IMG/VR virus record: IMGVR_UViG_3300032227_001499
Coordinates: 1 to 47,503 of that record
Reading direction: 5' to 3' (one strand)
Source: a virus
Taxonomy: Duplodnaviria; Caudoviricetes
DNA length: 47,503 nucleotides
The number at the start of each line of letters is the position of its first letter. Within the stretch, counting starts at the first letter, position 1. Positions 39,381-47,307 of the stretch are shown here, in pieces. The notes beneath the pieces were generated by a model, which searched no databases, was not told the DNA's origin, and saw nothing but the letters and a program-made list of their open reading frames with translations. The position numbers and the translations under genes were made by a program.

Positions 39381-40699
39381 GTGAACCACCCCTAGTCAAT
39401 TTTTCGCTACGCTCAAATTGAACTAGGGGCTTCAGGTTTCTTAGCCTTGACTAATGCCAACGACTCCACCTGTTTTTGTTTAATGACCGACTTGGCTCCC
39501 AAACCAGTCATGTTTAATCCTTGTTGGAGAATGTTTAGACTTGCATTTAAGTCTCTATCAATATGAATCTTGCAGGACTCACATTCCCATTCTCTGTCTT
39601 TTAAAGACAAATCTTCCTTGATGTAACCACAATTGTTACAAGTTTTACTGGACGGGAAAAACCTGTCTATTACAACAACGGTTCTTCCATACCATTCAGA
39701 CTTATAATTCAACTGTCTGAGGAATTCACCCCAGCCAGTTGTTCCTATTGCTTTAGCTAATTTTTGGTTAGCCATCATTCCTTTAACATTTAAATCTTCC
39801 ACACAAATGACTTGGTTTTCGTCAATCAGTTTCTTTGATAGCTTGTGTAAAAAATCTAAACGACTATTAGTTACTCTTTCATGCAAAAGAGCAACCTTGA
39901 TTCTTTGTTTGTTTCGACTCGTTCCTCCCTTAACTCTTTTGGATAATATTCTTTGGTTAAATTTTAGCTTCTTCTCAACTCTTTGATAATGCTTTGGATT
40001 AGCAAACCTATCTCCATTTGAACATACTGCAAATTCTTTAATTCCAAGATCGACACCAACATTATTGTTTGCTGGCTTTAGTTTCTTTGCTTCTTTGCAT
40101 TCACAAGTAAGTGATACAAAGAATTTGCCGGTTGGTGTCATGGATACTGTGATGAATGCTATTTCGCCAAATTCCCTGTGAACATTAATTTTGATACCTT
40201 CTTTAAATTTGGGAAAATATATTTTGCCATCTTCAACAACAATGTGTTGAGGAACTCTAAATGATTGCTTATGATGTTTTGACTTATAATTAGGAAATTT
40301 AGCTTGTTTTCTGAAGAAACGATTGTATGCAGTATCCAAATCTCTCAAAGTATGTTGTAGCATTTGGGAGTTAACATCTTTTAACCAAACATAATCATCA
40401 TCAGTTTTCAAAATTGTTAATTGATTTGCACAATCATAATAATTCAAAGTTTTCTTATTATTTAAATATTCGTCTTTTCGCTTATTCAGAAAATAATTCC
40501 ACACAAATCTTCTACATCCAAAATGTTGCATCAACAGCACTTTTTGCTGTTCGGTTGGCAACAGTTGGAATTTGAAAGACTTGAGCATACTTAATTATAT
40601 ACGCTCCAGTTATGTAAAAAGTTTGAATTTTGTAAGAATTTTATTTAGAGCCATTCATCCCCGAACCTAAAGAGTTCGGGGTTTTCTGGCTCGTCAACT
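39381..40699 (-). mobile_element. Non-autonomous IS200/IS605-family (IS1341-like, tnpB-only) element, 1319 bp
   Basis: Minus strand left end TTAT|AGTTGACGAGCCAG-AAAA-CCCCGAAC..GTTCGGGG; right end GAAG-CCCCTAG...CTAGGGG-TGGT-TCAC|. Both guide/cleavage tetramers (AAAA/TTAT, GAAG/TCAC) fit the IS608 pairing rule. Confidence 0.85.
39413..40588 (-). CDS. tnpB: RNA-guided endonuclease TnpB
   Basis: HTH_OrfB N-terminus (KFQLLPT.QQ....HFGC.RFVWN); RuvC D (GVDLG), E (VEDLNV) and D (DRDLNA) intact; CxxC...CxxC Zn finger. Confidence 0.97.
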   Translation of the reverse strand: MLKSFKFQLLPTEQQKVLLMQHFGCRRFVWNYFLNKRKDEYLNNKKTLNYYDCANQLTILKTDDDYVWLKDVNSQMLQHTLRDLDTAYNRFFRKQAKFPNYKSKHHKQSFRVPQHIVVEDGKIYFPKFKEGIKINVHREFGEIAFITVSMTPTGKFFVSLTCECKEAKKLKPANNNVGVDLGIKEFAVCSNGDRFANPKHYQRVEKKLKFNQRILSKRVKGGTSRNKQRIKVALLHERVTNSRLDFLHKLSKKLIDENQVICVEDLNVKGMMANQKLAKAIGTTGWGEFLRQLNYKSEWYGRTVVVIDRFFPSSKTCNNCGYIKEDLSLKDREWECESCKIHIDRDLNASLNILQQGLNMTGLGAKSVIKQKQVESLALVKAKKPEAPSSI

Positions 40700-40855
40700 A
40701 TAAATATTAAAAGCCCCAGAAGCTATGAGTATAAAAGCCGCAAAAATAACAAAAATGAAAGACTTTTGAGTCGTAAGCATGACACGTTCCTTGTTCTTCA
40801 GCAAAATCCCAAGACATACTTTTTTTAACTTTAACCTAAATATAATTTGAATCAA

Positions 40856-41161
40856 CTAGAAAATTTGTTTTTTGGTCCTGAAAACTTTAGGTTTTTCAGA
40901 ATGTGGGAGATATTTGTAACCTAGTTTTTGCAATTCTTTTATTGCCTCTTTATAGTTTTTTGCTTCTACCAATAAAATTTCACAATTTTTATCTTGTGTT
41001 GTTATAAAATTTTCAAAAACTATAAATTGCATTTCGTCTTCAAATTTAATTTTTTTATAACTTGCGTTCCTTTGATATGAAAAATTATTTTTAGGATGGT
41101 CACTCATTACAAGTACTTGAGCCCCTTTTTTGTCTCTATTGGCTCCAAAAACGTATTGCAT
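40856..41161 (-). CDS. Hypothetical protein
   Basis: 101-aa ORF with AAAGG upstream. Confidence 0.6.
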   Translation of the reverse strand: MQYVFGANRDKKGAQVLVMSDHPKNNFSYQRNASYKKIKFEDEMQFIVFENFITTQDKNCEILLVEAKNYKEAIKELQKLGYKYLPHSEKPKVFRTKKQIF

Positions 41162-41162
41162 A

Positions 41163-41300
41163 TTAACCTTTTTTAAGTAAAATTTTAAATAATTCTTCTA
41201 ACATTATTTGTTTATAAATAGTATCTTCACCTAGGAGTTCAGAAAACACTTTGAATGCATTAAGAGACTCTTCAAAATCTGGATCGCTTATTTTTTCCAT
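41163..41300 (-). CDS. Small hypothetical protein (start uncertain)
   Basis: MEKISDPDFEESLNAFKVFSELLGEDTIYKQIMLEELFKILLKKG; its stop is 1 nt before the ATG of the next gene. Competes with the + strand ORF 41251..41538. Confidence 0.4.
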   Translation of the reverse strand: MEKISDPDFEESLNAFKVFSELLGEDTIYKQIMLEELFKILLKKG

Positions 41301-41615
41301 AAAATATTTATACCAGATAAGAAACAAATTTGGTATTATTCTTGATTCGGAAGATGATTTAATTGTTGAGAACTCTATTGCTGCTTTTAAAAAGCAAAAC
41401 AATAAAAATTATTATTTGTTTTTGGAAAATAAATATATAAGTTATGTTGATTTAAGTTTAAATATATTTTTGCATAAGGATTTTAAATATAAAGCAATTG
41501 AATTCCCAAAATTCGAGGTTACAAAGATTATAAATTAATACCATATATTGATTTTTAAAATAAATTAGATGCTAAATATATAAGGTAAGTTAATAAATCC
41601 ACCAAAGGAGAAAAC

Positions 41616-42191
41616 ATGAGTGTTTTTAGAGTAATAGTAAACAATAACAATCAAGGTTTGATGGATATAAACCCTTCCACAGGAAGACAGTTTAACTTTT
41701 TTAATACTCCATCTGACCCGTCTATACAGAGACAAATTTATGTTTCTGGACCTAATGGTGGCATTCGTGAATTGAGTGATGGTGACACTTTTACTGATTG
41801 CAATTATTGGAAGAAATTTGCTTATCCAAATATTTCTGAAGAGCAAGCTTTCATTGTTGTTGTAACAGATGATGGCATTCCTTGGACAGAAAATGGCGAT
41901 AATACTTATCCTTTGGTTAGCACAGGCTCTATATCTGCTGGTGGTACTGCTGCAGTTGATTACACGCTATCTGATGGCGGATATGCTGTGTTTGCTCAAA
42001 TTACTAACACTGGTTCAAATCCAATGAATGTAGCTATTAATGGTGCTGTTACAGCAACCTTCCCACTAGCTGCTGGTGCAACTCAGGTTTTCAACAAGGG
42101 CGACTTCCTAATTGGTGCTTTAGTATTAAGTTCTGCCCTTGGAACTTCTTATCAAGTTATCGCAAGTGTTCAAACTCCTTGCAAGAGCTAA
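41616..42191 (+). CDS. Stand-alone, probably highly expressed structural protein (two-domain, beta-rich C-terminus)
   Basis: CTAAATA upstream, strong AAAGGAG RBS, own terminator; Gly/Ala/Thr-rich C-terminal domain. Confidence 0.7.
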   Translation: MSVFRVIVNNNNQGLMDINPSTGRQFNFFNTPSDPSIQRQIYVSGPNGGIRELSDGDTFTDCNYWKKFAYPNISEEQAFIVVVTDDGIPWTENGDNTYPLVSTGSISAGGTAAVDYTLSDGGYAVFAQITNTGSNPMNVAINGAVTATFPLAAGATQVFNKGDFLIGALVLSSALGTSYQVIASVQTPCKS

Positions 42192-42211
42192 CTTTAATTA
42201 ATTAGAAATTT

Positions 42212-42249
42212 AAAAAGAGGGTGGAATTAATTCCATCCTCTTTTTTTTT
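42212..42249 (+). terminator. Rho-independent terminator (possibly bidirectional)
   Basis: AAAAA-GAGGGTGGAATT/AATTCCATCCTC-TTTTTTTTT. Confidence 0.9.
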
Positions 42250-42269
42250 GTTACTATAATATTATTACC

Positions 42270-43016
42270 ATGAACATACTTCAAAAATGGATAAATCCGT
42301 ATTATCTAGAGCCACAAACTATAGAAGACATTAAAGAATCTATAAATGCAAAGCCAATTTGCAGATACGCTGTTTTAGATAATTTTTTTAATACTAGCAT
42401 TCTTGATAAGTGGATTGAAGAACATAAAAAAATACAATTTAGCGAAGCTTATGATCGGTATACTGAAAAAGGCGAAGTAATACCATATGATGCGTCTATG
42501 ATATTTGCAGAAAAGGGCAAAGATTTTGCTTCGGAATTTTATTTTTCTGAAGAATGGCTTATGTATTTTAGTATATTGCTAGGAATACCATATAATAAAA
42601 AAACAAGTATAAAACAAAGATATCACCCCGGAAATTCAAAAGGATTTTGGATTCATACTGATGGAAAAGAAAGGACAGGAGTAGCTATAGGTTATTTTAA
42701 TAAAGGGTGGACTGCAAAAGATGGAGGACTGCTTCAGTTGTGGGTTGATGATACTGCAAAAGATCCTAATACTCCAAAAGTAAATGGTTCAGCACACGAA
42801 AGAATGGGCTTTTTAGAAAATTGTAAAAGAGTTAACTCATCAAGTGTAGGCGGATCTTCAGGAAATAGTGATTTAGATTTTATATTATTTGATCAAGTAG
42901 TCCCACTATACAATAGACTATTTATATGTGATTTTGATAGCTCTCCATGCTATCATAGTGTTTCTCCAAGTAATGGAAAGGAAAGATACGGATTTGTTCA
43001 ATGGCTCTTGAGATGA
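42270..43016 (+). CDS. 2OG-Fe(II) oxygenase, prolyl 4-hydroxylase-like
   Basis: VLDNFF; Y.PG...F.IHTD (HxD); YFNK.W...DGG.LQLW; P.YNRL.I; YHSV (His); ERY (2OG-binding Arg). Confidence 0.85.
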   Translation: MNILQKWINPYYLEPQTIEDIKESINAKPICRYAVLDNFFNTSILDKWIEEHKKIQFSEAYDRYTEKGEVIPYDASMIFAEKGKDFASEFYFSEEWLMYFSILLGIPYNKKTSIKQRYHPGNSKGFWIHTDGKERTGVAIGYFNKGWTAKDGGLLQLWVDDTAKDPNTPKVNGSAHERMGFLENCKRVNSSSVGGSSGNSDLDFILFDQVVPLYNRLFICDFDSSPCYHSVSPSNGKERYGFVQWLLR

Positions 43017-43963
43017 GATTAGTTAAAGTAAAAAGAAATAAACCGGAATGTAGTTTTCAAAAATTTGAAAAAATAAAAAATAAAATATTAATCCTAAGAG
43101 ATTGTGGAGGATATGGAGACATCCTCAACATGAGGATGATATTTCAGGATTTAAAAGAACAATTTCCAGATTTTGAATTCGATTGGGCTATTCCGCACGG
43201 ATATTTTCATGTTGCAGAAAATCATCCATATGTATCTGAATTAATACCTGCAAACCAAGTAGATTATAATAATTATCTACAGATATTTAATTTATCTTAT
43301 TCTTGTACGAAATATGAATGGAAACACAAAAAAGAAACAGATAAAAATAGAGCAGATATATGGGCAAATTACATGGGTTTAGAATTATCTAAACACAACA
43401 TGTTCTTGCCAGATCGATCAGAACTATTTCCAAAATTTAAAAATTTATTACAAAAAAAAGGATGGGACGGAAGTAAAAAAATTATAATTTTTACACCATA
43501 TTCAGCACTGCCTGAAAAAAATTTCACAAAAAACCAAATAGAAATTATTAAAGAAATAACAAAAGATTATTTTTTGATTGGATTACACAATGCGCCAATG
43601 CTTGAATTAAATTTGCAAAATATACCAACAATTATGTCTACATCTTTCAAAGATTCTATGACATTTATACAACTTTCAGATTTAGTAATAACAACTGATA
43701 CTGGTCATTTACATTGTGCAGGAGGATATAACAAGCCAACTCTTTCTTTATTTTGTTATACCAGTGGAAATAATATTTGTAAGTATTTTGAAAAAAATGT
43801 AGTAGTTCAAATTTTTGATTATGATAATGAATATGACTGTGGACCTTGTTACACATATACTCAATGCAAAAAAACAAAAGAACCAGAAAAGCCATGTAGG
43901 ACAAACATATCAAAAGAAATGATTATTAGCGGATGGGAAAAACTATTAAATTTATATATATAA
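43013..43963 (+). CDS. Glycosyltransferase family 9 (heptosyltransferase-like)
   Basis: ILILR..GGYGDIL; DLVITTDTGHLHCAGG..KPTLSLF; C-terminal CxPC...C...C. ATGA overlap with the oxygenase stop. Confidence 0.9.
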   Translation: MRLVKVKRNKPECSFQKFEKIKNKILILRDCGGYGDILNMRMIFQDLKEQFPDFEFDWAIPHGYFHVAENHPYVSELIPANQVDYNNYLQIFNLSYSCTKYEWKHKKETDKNRADIWANYMGLELSKHNMFLPDRSELFPKFKNLLQKKGWDGSKKIIIFTPYSALPEKNFTKNQIEIIKEITKDYFLIGLHNAPMLELNLQNIPTIMSTSFKDSMTFIQLSDLVITTDTGHLHCAGGYNKPTLSLFCYTSGNNICKYFEKNVVVQIFDYDNEYDCGPCYTYTQCKKTKEPEKPCRTNISKEMIISGWEKLLNLYI

Positions 43964-43988
43964 CTATGTTAATACTAGTGGTAATATT

Positions 43989-44219
43989 ATGCCAAATTTA
44001 ATTCAACCAAATACAGTAAAGATAGTAACAAAAGAAGGCGAAATTATAGTGTCTTTGCAAATTGATTTAAATATAAATTTAAACCAAAGTGGAACGACAT
44101 TTACTAGTAATAATAGTAGTGGTAGTGGCAATTCTTCCTCTTCAAATAAAAAAGATGATGATTTTGAATGGGCTATACCAGATTTTCAAAAATCTGAAAA
44201 AGTTAATTTTGGAAAGTAA
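43989..44219 (+). CDS. Small hypothetical protein with disordered linker and acidic/aromatic C-terminal motif
   Basis: Beta-hairpin-like N-terminus, Ser/Asn linker, DDDFEWAIPDF...NFGK tail; directly upstream of the actin gene. Confidence 0.65.
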   Translation: MPNLIQPNTVKIVTKEGEIIVSLQIDLNINLNQSGTTFTSNNSSGSGNSSSSNKKDDDFEWAIPDFQKSEKVNFGK

Positions 44220-44233
44220 TACAGGAGATAAAA

Positions 44234-45238
44234 ATGGCTATAGGCGCAGATGTTGGAACTTTTACATTAGTATCGGCTAAAAGAGATGAAGATAATAATT
44301 TTATGTTCAAAAAAGAAATTAATGCTTTTTTAGAATTGCCTCTTGATAATAGATTTGTCTTTAACATGATGAAGCAGGCTGGCGTTCCATTAATTGAAAG
44401 AGAGAATGTGGCATATGCTTTGGGAGAAGCTGCCGTAAATATGGCTTATACTCTGCCAACCTTGGAATTAAAAAGACCTATGAAAGATGGCTGTGTTAAT
44501 CCAAAAGAAAAAGATGCATTTCAAATTATGAGCATCATGTTACATAGTTTAATTGATCCACCAAAGAAGGATGGAGAAAAGCTTTACTACTGTGTGCCAG
44601 CAAATGCAATTAACCAAGAAACAGATGCAGATTATCATCAAAAAGTTATAGAAGCTATATTTAAAAGCTATGTTTCAGATGAAGGATATAAAGTAGATGC
44701 AAAGCCTATAAATGAAGCTTTAGCTCTAGTTTATGCAGAACTAGCAAAAACAGCATTCACAGGAGTTGGAATATCGTGTGGAGGCGGAATGGTAAACGTT
44801 TGCTACGCAATGTATGGCAATCCAATATTCCAGTTTGCAATAGTTAATAGTGGTGACTGGATTGATAGACAGGCTGCCAAAGCAACTGGTGAAAGCCCAA
44901 CATTCATCAACAAGCAAAAAACCAAAGTAGATTTGAGAGCACAGCCAACAAATCTTATTGAAAGAGCAATTATTACACAATATAGACTTATGATTGAAAA
45001 AACAGTTAATGGAATTAAAGAGGGTCTTGCTAATTCCAAAAAAGCAGTTAAATCAGATAATCCGGTTGATTTCATTGTTGCAGGAGGAACTGCAAGTGCG
45101 ACAGGCTTTGATGAATTGTTTGCCGAAACATTGAAACAAGCAGAACTAAGCATCCCCGTTGGAAATGTAATTCGTCCCAAAGATCCACTTTACAGCGTTG
45201 CAAAGGGCTGTTTAATAGCCGCTGAAAACGCAAATTAA
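44234..45238 (+). CDS. Actin-like ATPase, volactin-like family
   Basis: IGADVGT (phosphate 1), RPMKDG, PINEALA (connect 1), GISCGGGMVNV (phosphate 2), GDWID, VAGGT (adenosine), PLYSVAKG (connect 2); AGGAGA RBS. Confidence 0.9.
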   Translation: MAIGADVGTFTLVSAKRDEDNNFMFKKEINAFLELPLDNRFVFNMMKQAGVPLIERENVAYALGEAAVNMAYTLPTLELKRPMKDGCVNPKEKDAFQIMSIMLHSLIDPPKKDGEKLYYCVPANAINQETDADYHQKVIEAIFKSYVSDEGYKVDAKPINEALALVYAELAKTAFTGVGISCGGGMVNVCYAMYGNPIFQFAIVNSGDWIDRQAAKATGESPTFINKQKTKVDLRAQPTNLIERAIITQYRLMIEKTVNGIKEGLANSKKAVKSDNPVDFIVAGGTASATGFDELFAETLKQAELSIPVGNVIRPKDPLYSVAKGCLIAAENAN

Positions 45239-45260
45239 AAGAATTGCAAGAAGGAAGCCC

Positions 45261-45704
45261 ATGTCAAAAGAAATAGTCTCTAAGCCCGTTCAAGATTTAG
45301 GTATAGCAGCATATGTTTTGATGAATCAATATCAATTAGCTGGAAGAAAAGAAAGAACTTTTATATTTAAAGTTCCAAAAGATAAACTAAAAGAATTTGA
45401 AGATCTTAAGACTTCTTATCTTTTTAGTGAATTTCACTATTTCGATCATTGCTTAATGGGTCTTAAAAAACTAGAAGAATATCCTTTCCCAATAGATTCA
45501 AATAAGTTTGTGACAGATCTTGGTGCGGCAGCATTTTTATTAATGCATAAATTTAAACTGCTTGGCAAAAAGGGTAAATCTTTTTACTTTGACTTAAATT
45601 CAGTAGAAGAAGAGCAACAGCTTGATGAAATGAATTTGCAATATGCTTCTTCTTCCTTTCATGATTTTGATAGCAAATTAATGTCTTTGAAGAAAATTAT
45701 TTAA
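45261..45704 (+). CDS. Protein with two tandem about 70-aa repeats (DUF5659-like)
   Basis: DLGIAAYVLM..Y.L.G.K..TF.F...Y..S.FH.FD..LM.LKK occurs twice. Confidence 0.7.
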   Translation: MSKEIVSKPVQDLGIAAYVLMNQYQLAGRKERTFIFKVPKDKLKEFEDLKTSYLFSEFHYFDHCLMGLKKLEEYPFPIDSNKFVTDLGAAAFLLMHKFKLLGKKGKSFYFDLNSVEEEQQLDEMNLQYASSSFHDFDSKLMSLKKII

Positions 45705-45719
45705 ACTACTAAATAATTT

Positions 45720-47006
45720 ATGGATATAAATTATAATGAGGCTGATAGTATAGGTGAATTAGTATCCGGCATCAAGGAGCTAATTTCACAAGAGGTTGAT
45801 AAATTAAAAAATCAAATCTTAAAAATACCTGTTGAAAAAAGATCTTATTTTGACATTATAAAAAATTGGTGGTCAAATTTAGTGCATGGGCATGACAACC
45901 AAAATAATCCATATATTCACAGAAACAGATTGGGAGCTTTGGGATTAAAAGAATATACCCTTAATAAAAAAGAAGAACTTGATTTTATATTAGAAGCAGT
46001 TGAATTGCTTATTCAAGAAGAAGCATCTAAAACTAGATTTGAAGGAATGTTAGATAATTGGGCAGAAAAACTAAAAAGTAAATTAGGTTCTTTTCTAAAG
46101 ACATGTTTTTCTGGTAATTGCGAAGTTCCAGAACAACAACCAGAACAACCAGAACAACCAGAACAACAACCAGAACCAGAACAACCAGAACAACAGTCTA
46201 AAGAAAAATTAGATACATCCACAAATACTACAACTACAATTCGACCACAACAACCTGAATCTTCTTCTAAAAGAAACTTTAGTATTTTTAGCGATACTTT
46301 AAATGATGAAGAAAAAGCCCAAATAAAACAAGATTTTGCTCCATTTTTAAATTTATCTAACGAAGAAAAAGAAAACATTATAAGAGTAGGAAATTTTGGA
46401 ACAGAAAAAATAAGACCAGAAACAAACTTTTCAATACCATCTATTGGTATTAACTTGCCATATTTTATTAATTCTGTTATAGCTGTGGTTCCAAACCCTT
46501 TGTGGATAATTATAAATAAAAATTATCCAGAAGATTCAATTAAATTAAAAGATAAAGAAAGAATGCAAGACAACATAACAACTCCAAAAAAATCTTTATT
46601 GTCAGCATTAAAAAGCAGAATTAAAACAGAAGGAACAAAGACAAAATATAAAGAATTTATTGATACGTCTTTAGAAATACTTAAAGCTCCAAATATTAAA
46701 GTTAATCCAAAATTGTGGGATTCGCTAATAGAAAATCAAGAAAAAATTAAAAAATTTGATGATAGTTTTTTAGAACAAATGAAAGAGTTTTTAATAGAAA
46801 AAGAATGGGATCATATATTAGATGTTATTGAATCTAATAAAGACCATGAATTTGAAAACGAAGACGAATATGAAGACAAAAAAGAATCTTTTGAAATAAA
46901 GAGTTTGAAAACATATATGAATGAAAGTAAAAAAATTAGTTTAAATAAAGACGAAACATTTTATGAGAGAATATTAACTTGTTTAGAAAAAATGCGTTCT
47001 AACTAG
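45720..47006 (+). CDS. Hypothetical acidic protein with PEQ(Q) repeat linker
   Basis: 428-aa ORF preceded by CTAAATA. Confidence 0.7.
   Translation: MDINYNEADSIGELVSGIKELISQEVDKLKNQILKIPVEKRSYFDIIKNWWSNLVHGHDNQNNPYIHRNRLGALGLKEYTLNKKEELDFILEAVELLIQEEASKTRFEGMLDNWAEKLKSKLGSFLKTCFSGNCEVPEQQPEQPEQPEQQPEPEQPEQQSKEKLDTSTNTTTTIRPQQPESSSKRNFSIFSDTLNDEEKAQIKQDFAPFLNLSNEEKENIIRVGNFGTEKIRPETNFSIPSIGINLPYFINSVIAVVPNPLWIIINKNYPEDSIKLKDKERMQDNITTPKKSLLSALKSRIKTEGTKTKYKEFIDTSLEILKAPNIKVNPKLWDSLIENQEKIKKFDDSFLEQMKEFLIEKEWDHILDVIESNKDHEFENEDEYEDKKESFEIKSLKTYMNESKKISLNKDETFYERILTCLEKMRSN
46128..46196 (+). repeat. (CCAGAACAA[CAA])n microsatellite encoding PEQ/PEQQ
   Basis: PEQQPEQPEQPEQQPEPEQPEQQ. Confidence 0.85.
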
Positions 47007-47262
47007 GTTGTTCTACATTGCTAATTTTTGGTTTTAATTGCTCTTCTGAAATTGCAACAACCTGTTCGTAAAAAACAAAATTCATACAACCATTACCTGC
47101 ATGTTGATACCAGATTCCATTATCGTCAATTTCTGTTAGCCTTCCTACAAAATAATTGATTGAATCTTTTTCAGTAAAATTTCTATTTATTGCTCCAACA
47201 AATACAGTAACAATTCTATTTTTAAAATATTCCAAAGATTTTTTTTGCTTAGTTGTAATCAT
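46999..47262 (-). CDS. Small hypothetical protein, possible Sm/LSM-like fold
   Basis: Helix then KNRIVTVFV...FVGRLTEIDDNGIW...FVFYEQVVAI. Confidence 0.6.
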   Translation of the reverse strand: MITTKQKKSLEYFKNRIVTVFVGAINRNFTEKDSINYFVGRLTEIDDNGIWYQHAGNGCMNFVFYEQVVAISEEQLKPKISNVEQPS

Positions 47263-47307
47263 ACAAAACCGTTCCTAAAAATCTACTTAAATCTACTCAT
47301 GAGTAAT

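Larger units (their letters stand above)
39245..40780 (-). pseudogene. Probable small membrane-anchored gene interrupted by the TnpB element
   Basis: 5' part 40780-40700 MLTTQKSFIFVIFAAFILIASGAFNIY (AAGGA RBS); 3' part 39379-39245 ERSREKDINEIIEKAKEDGRTQGYHDATEQGICPPNKVDIANKK*. The junction is 1 nt off-frame under the predicted ends. Confidence 0.4.

Noticed and set aside
39381-40699. IStron (group I intron plus tnpB) rescuing the interrupted gene
   Set aside because: Only about 110 nt lie between the left end and the tnpB ATG, too short for a ribozyme core, and the right end terminates in C rather than the required G.
41251-41538. + strand 95-aa ORF
   Set aside because: TTG start, no motif, and it overlaps a minus-strand ORF coupled to the next gene; not excluded but unsupported.
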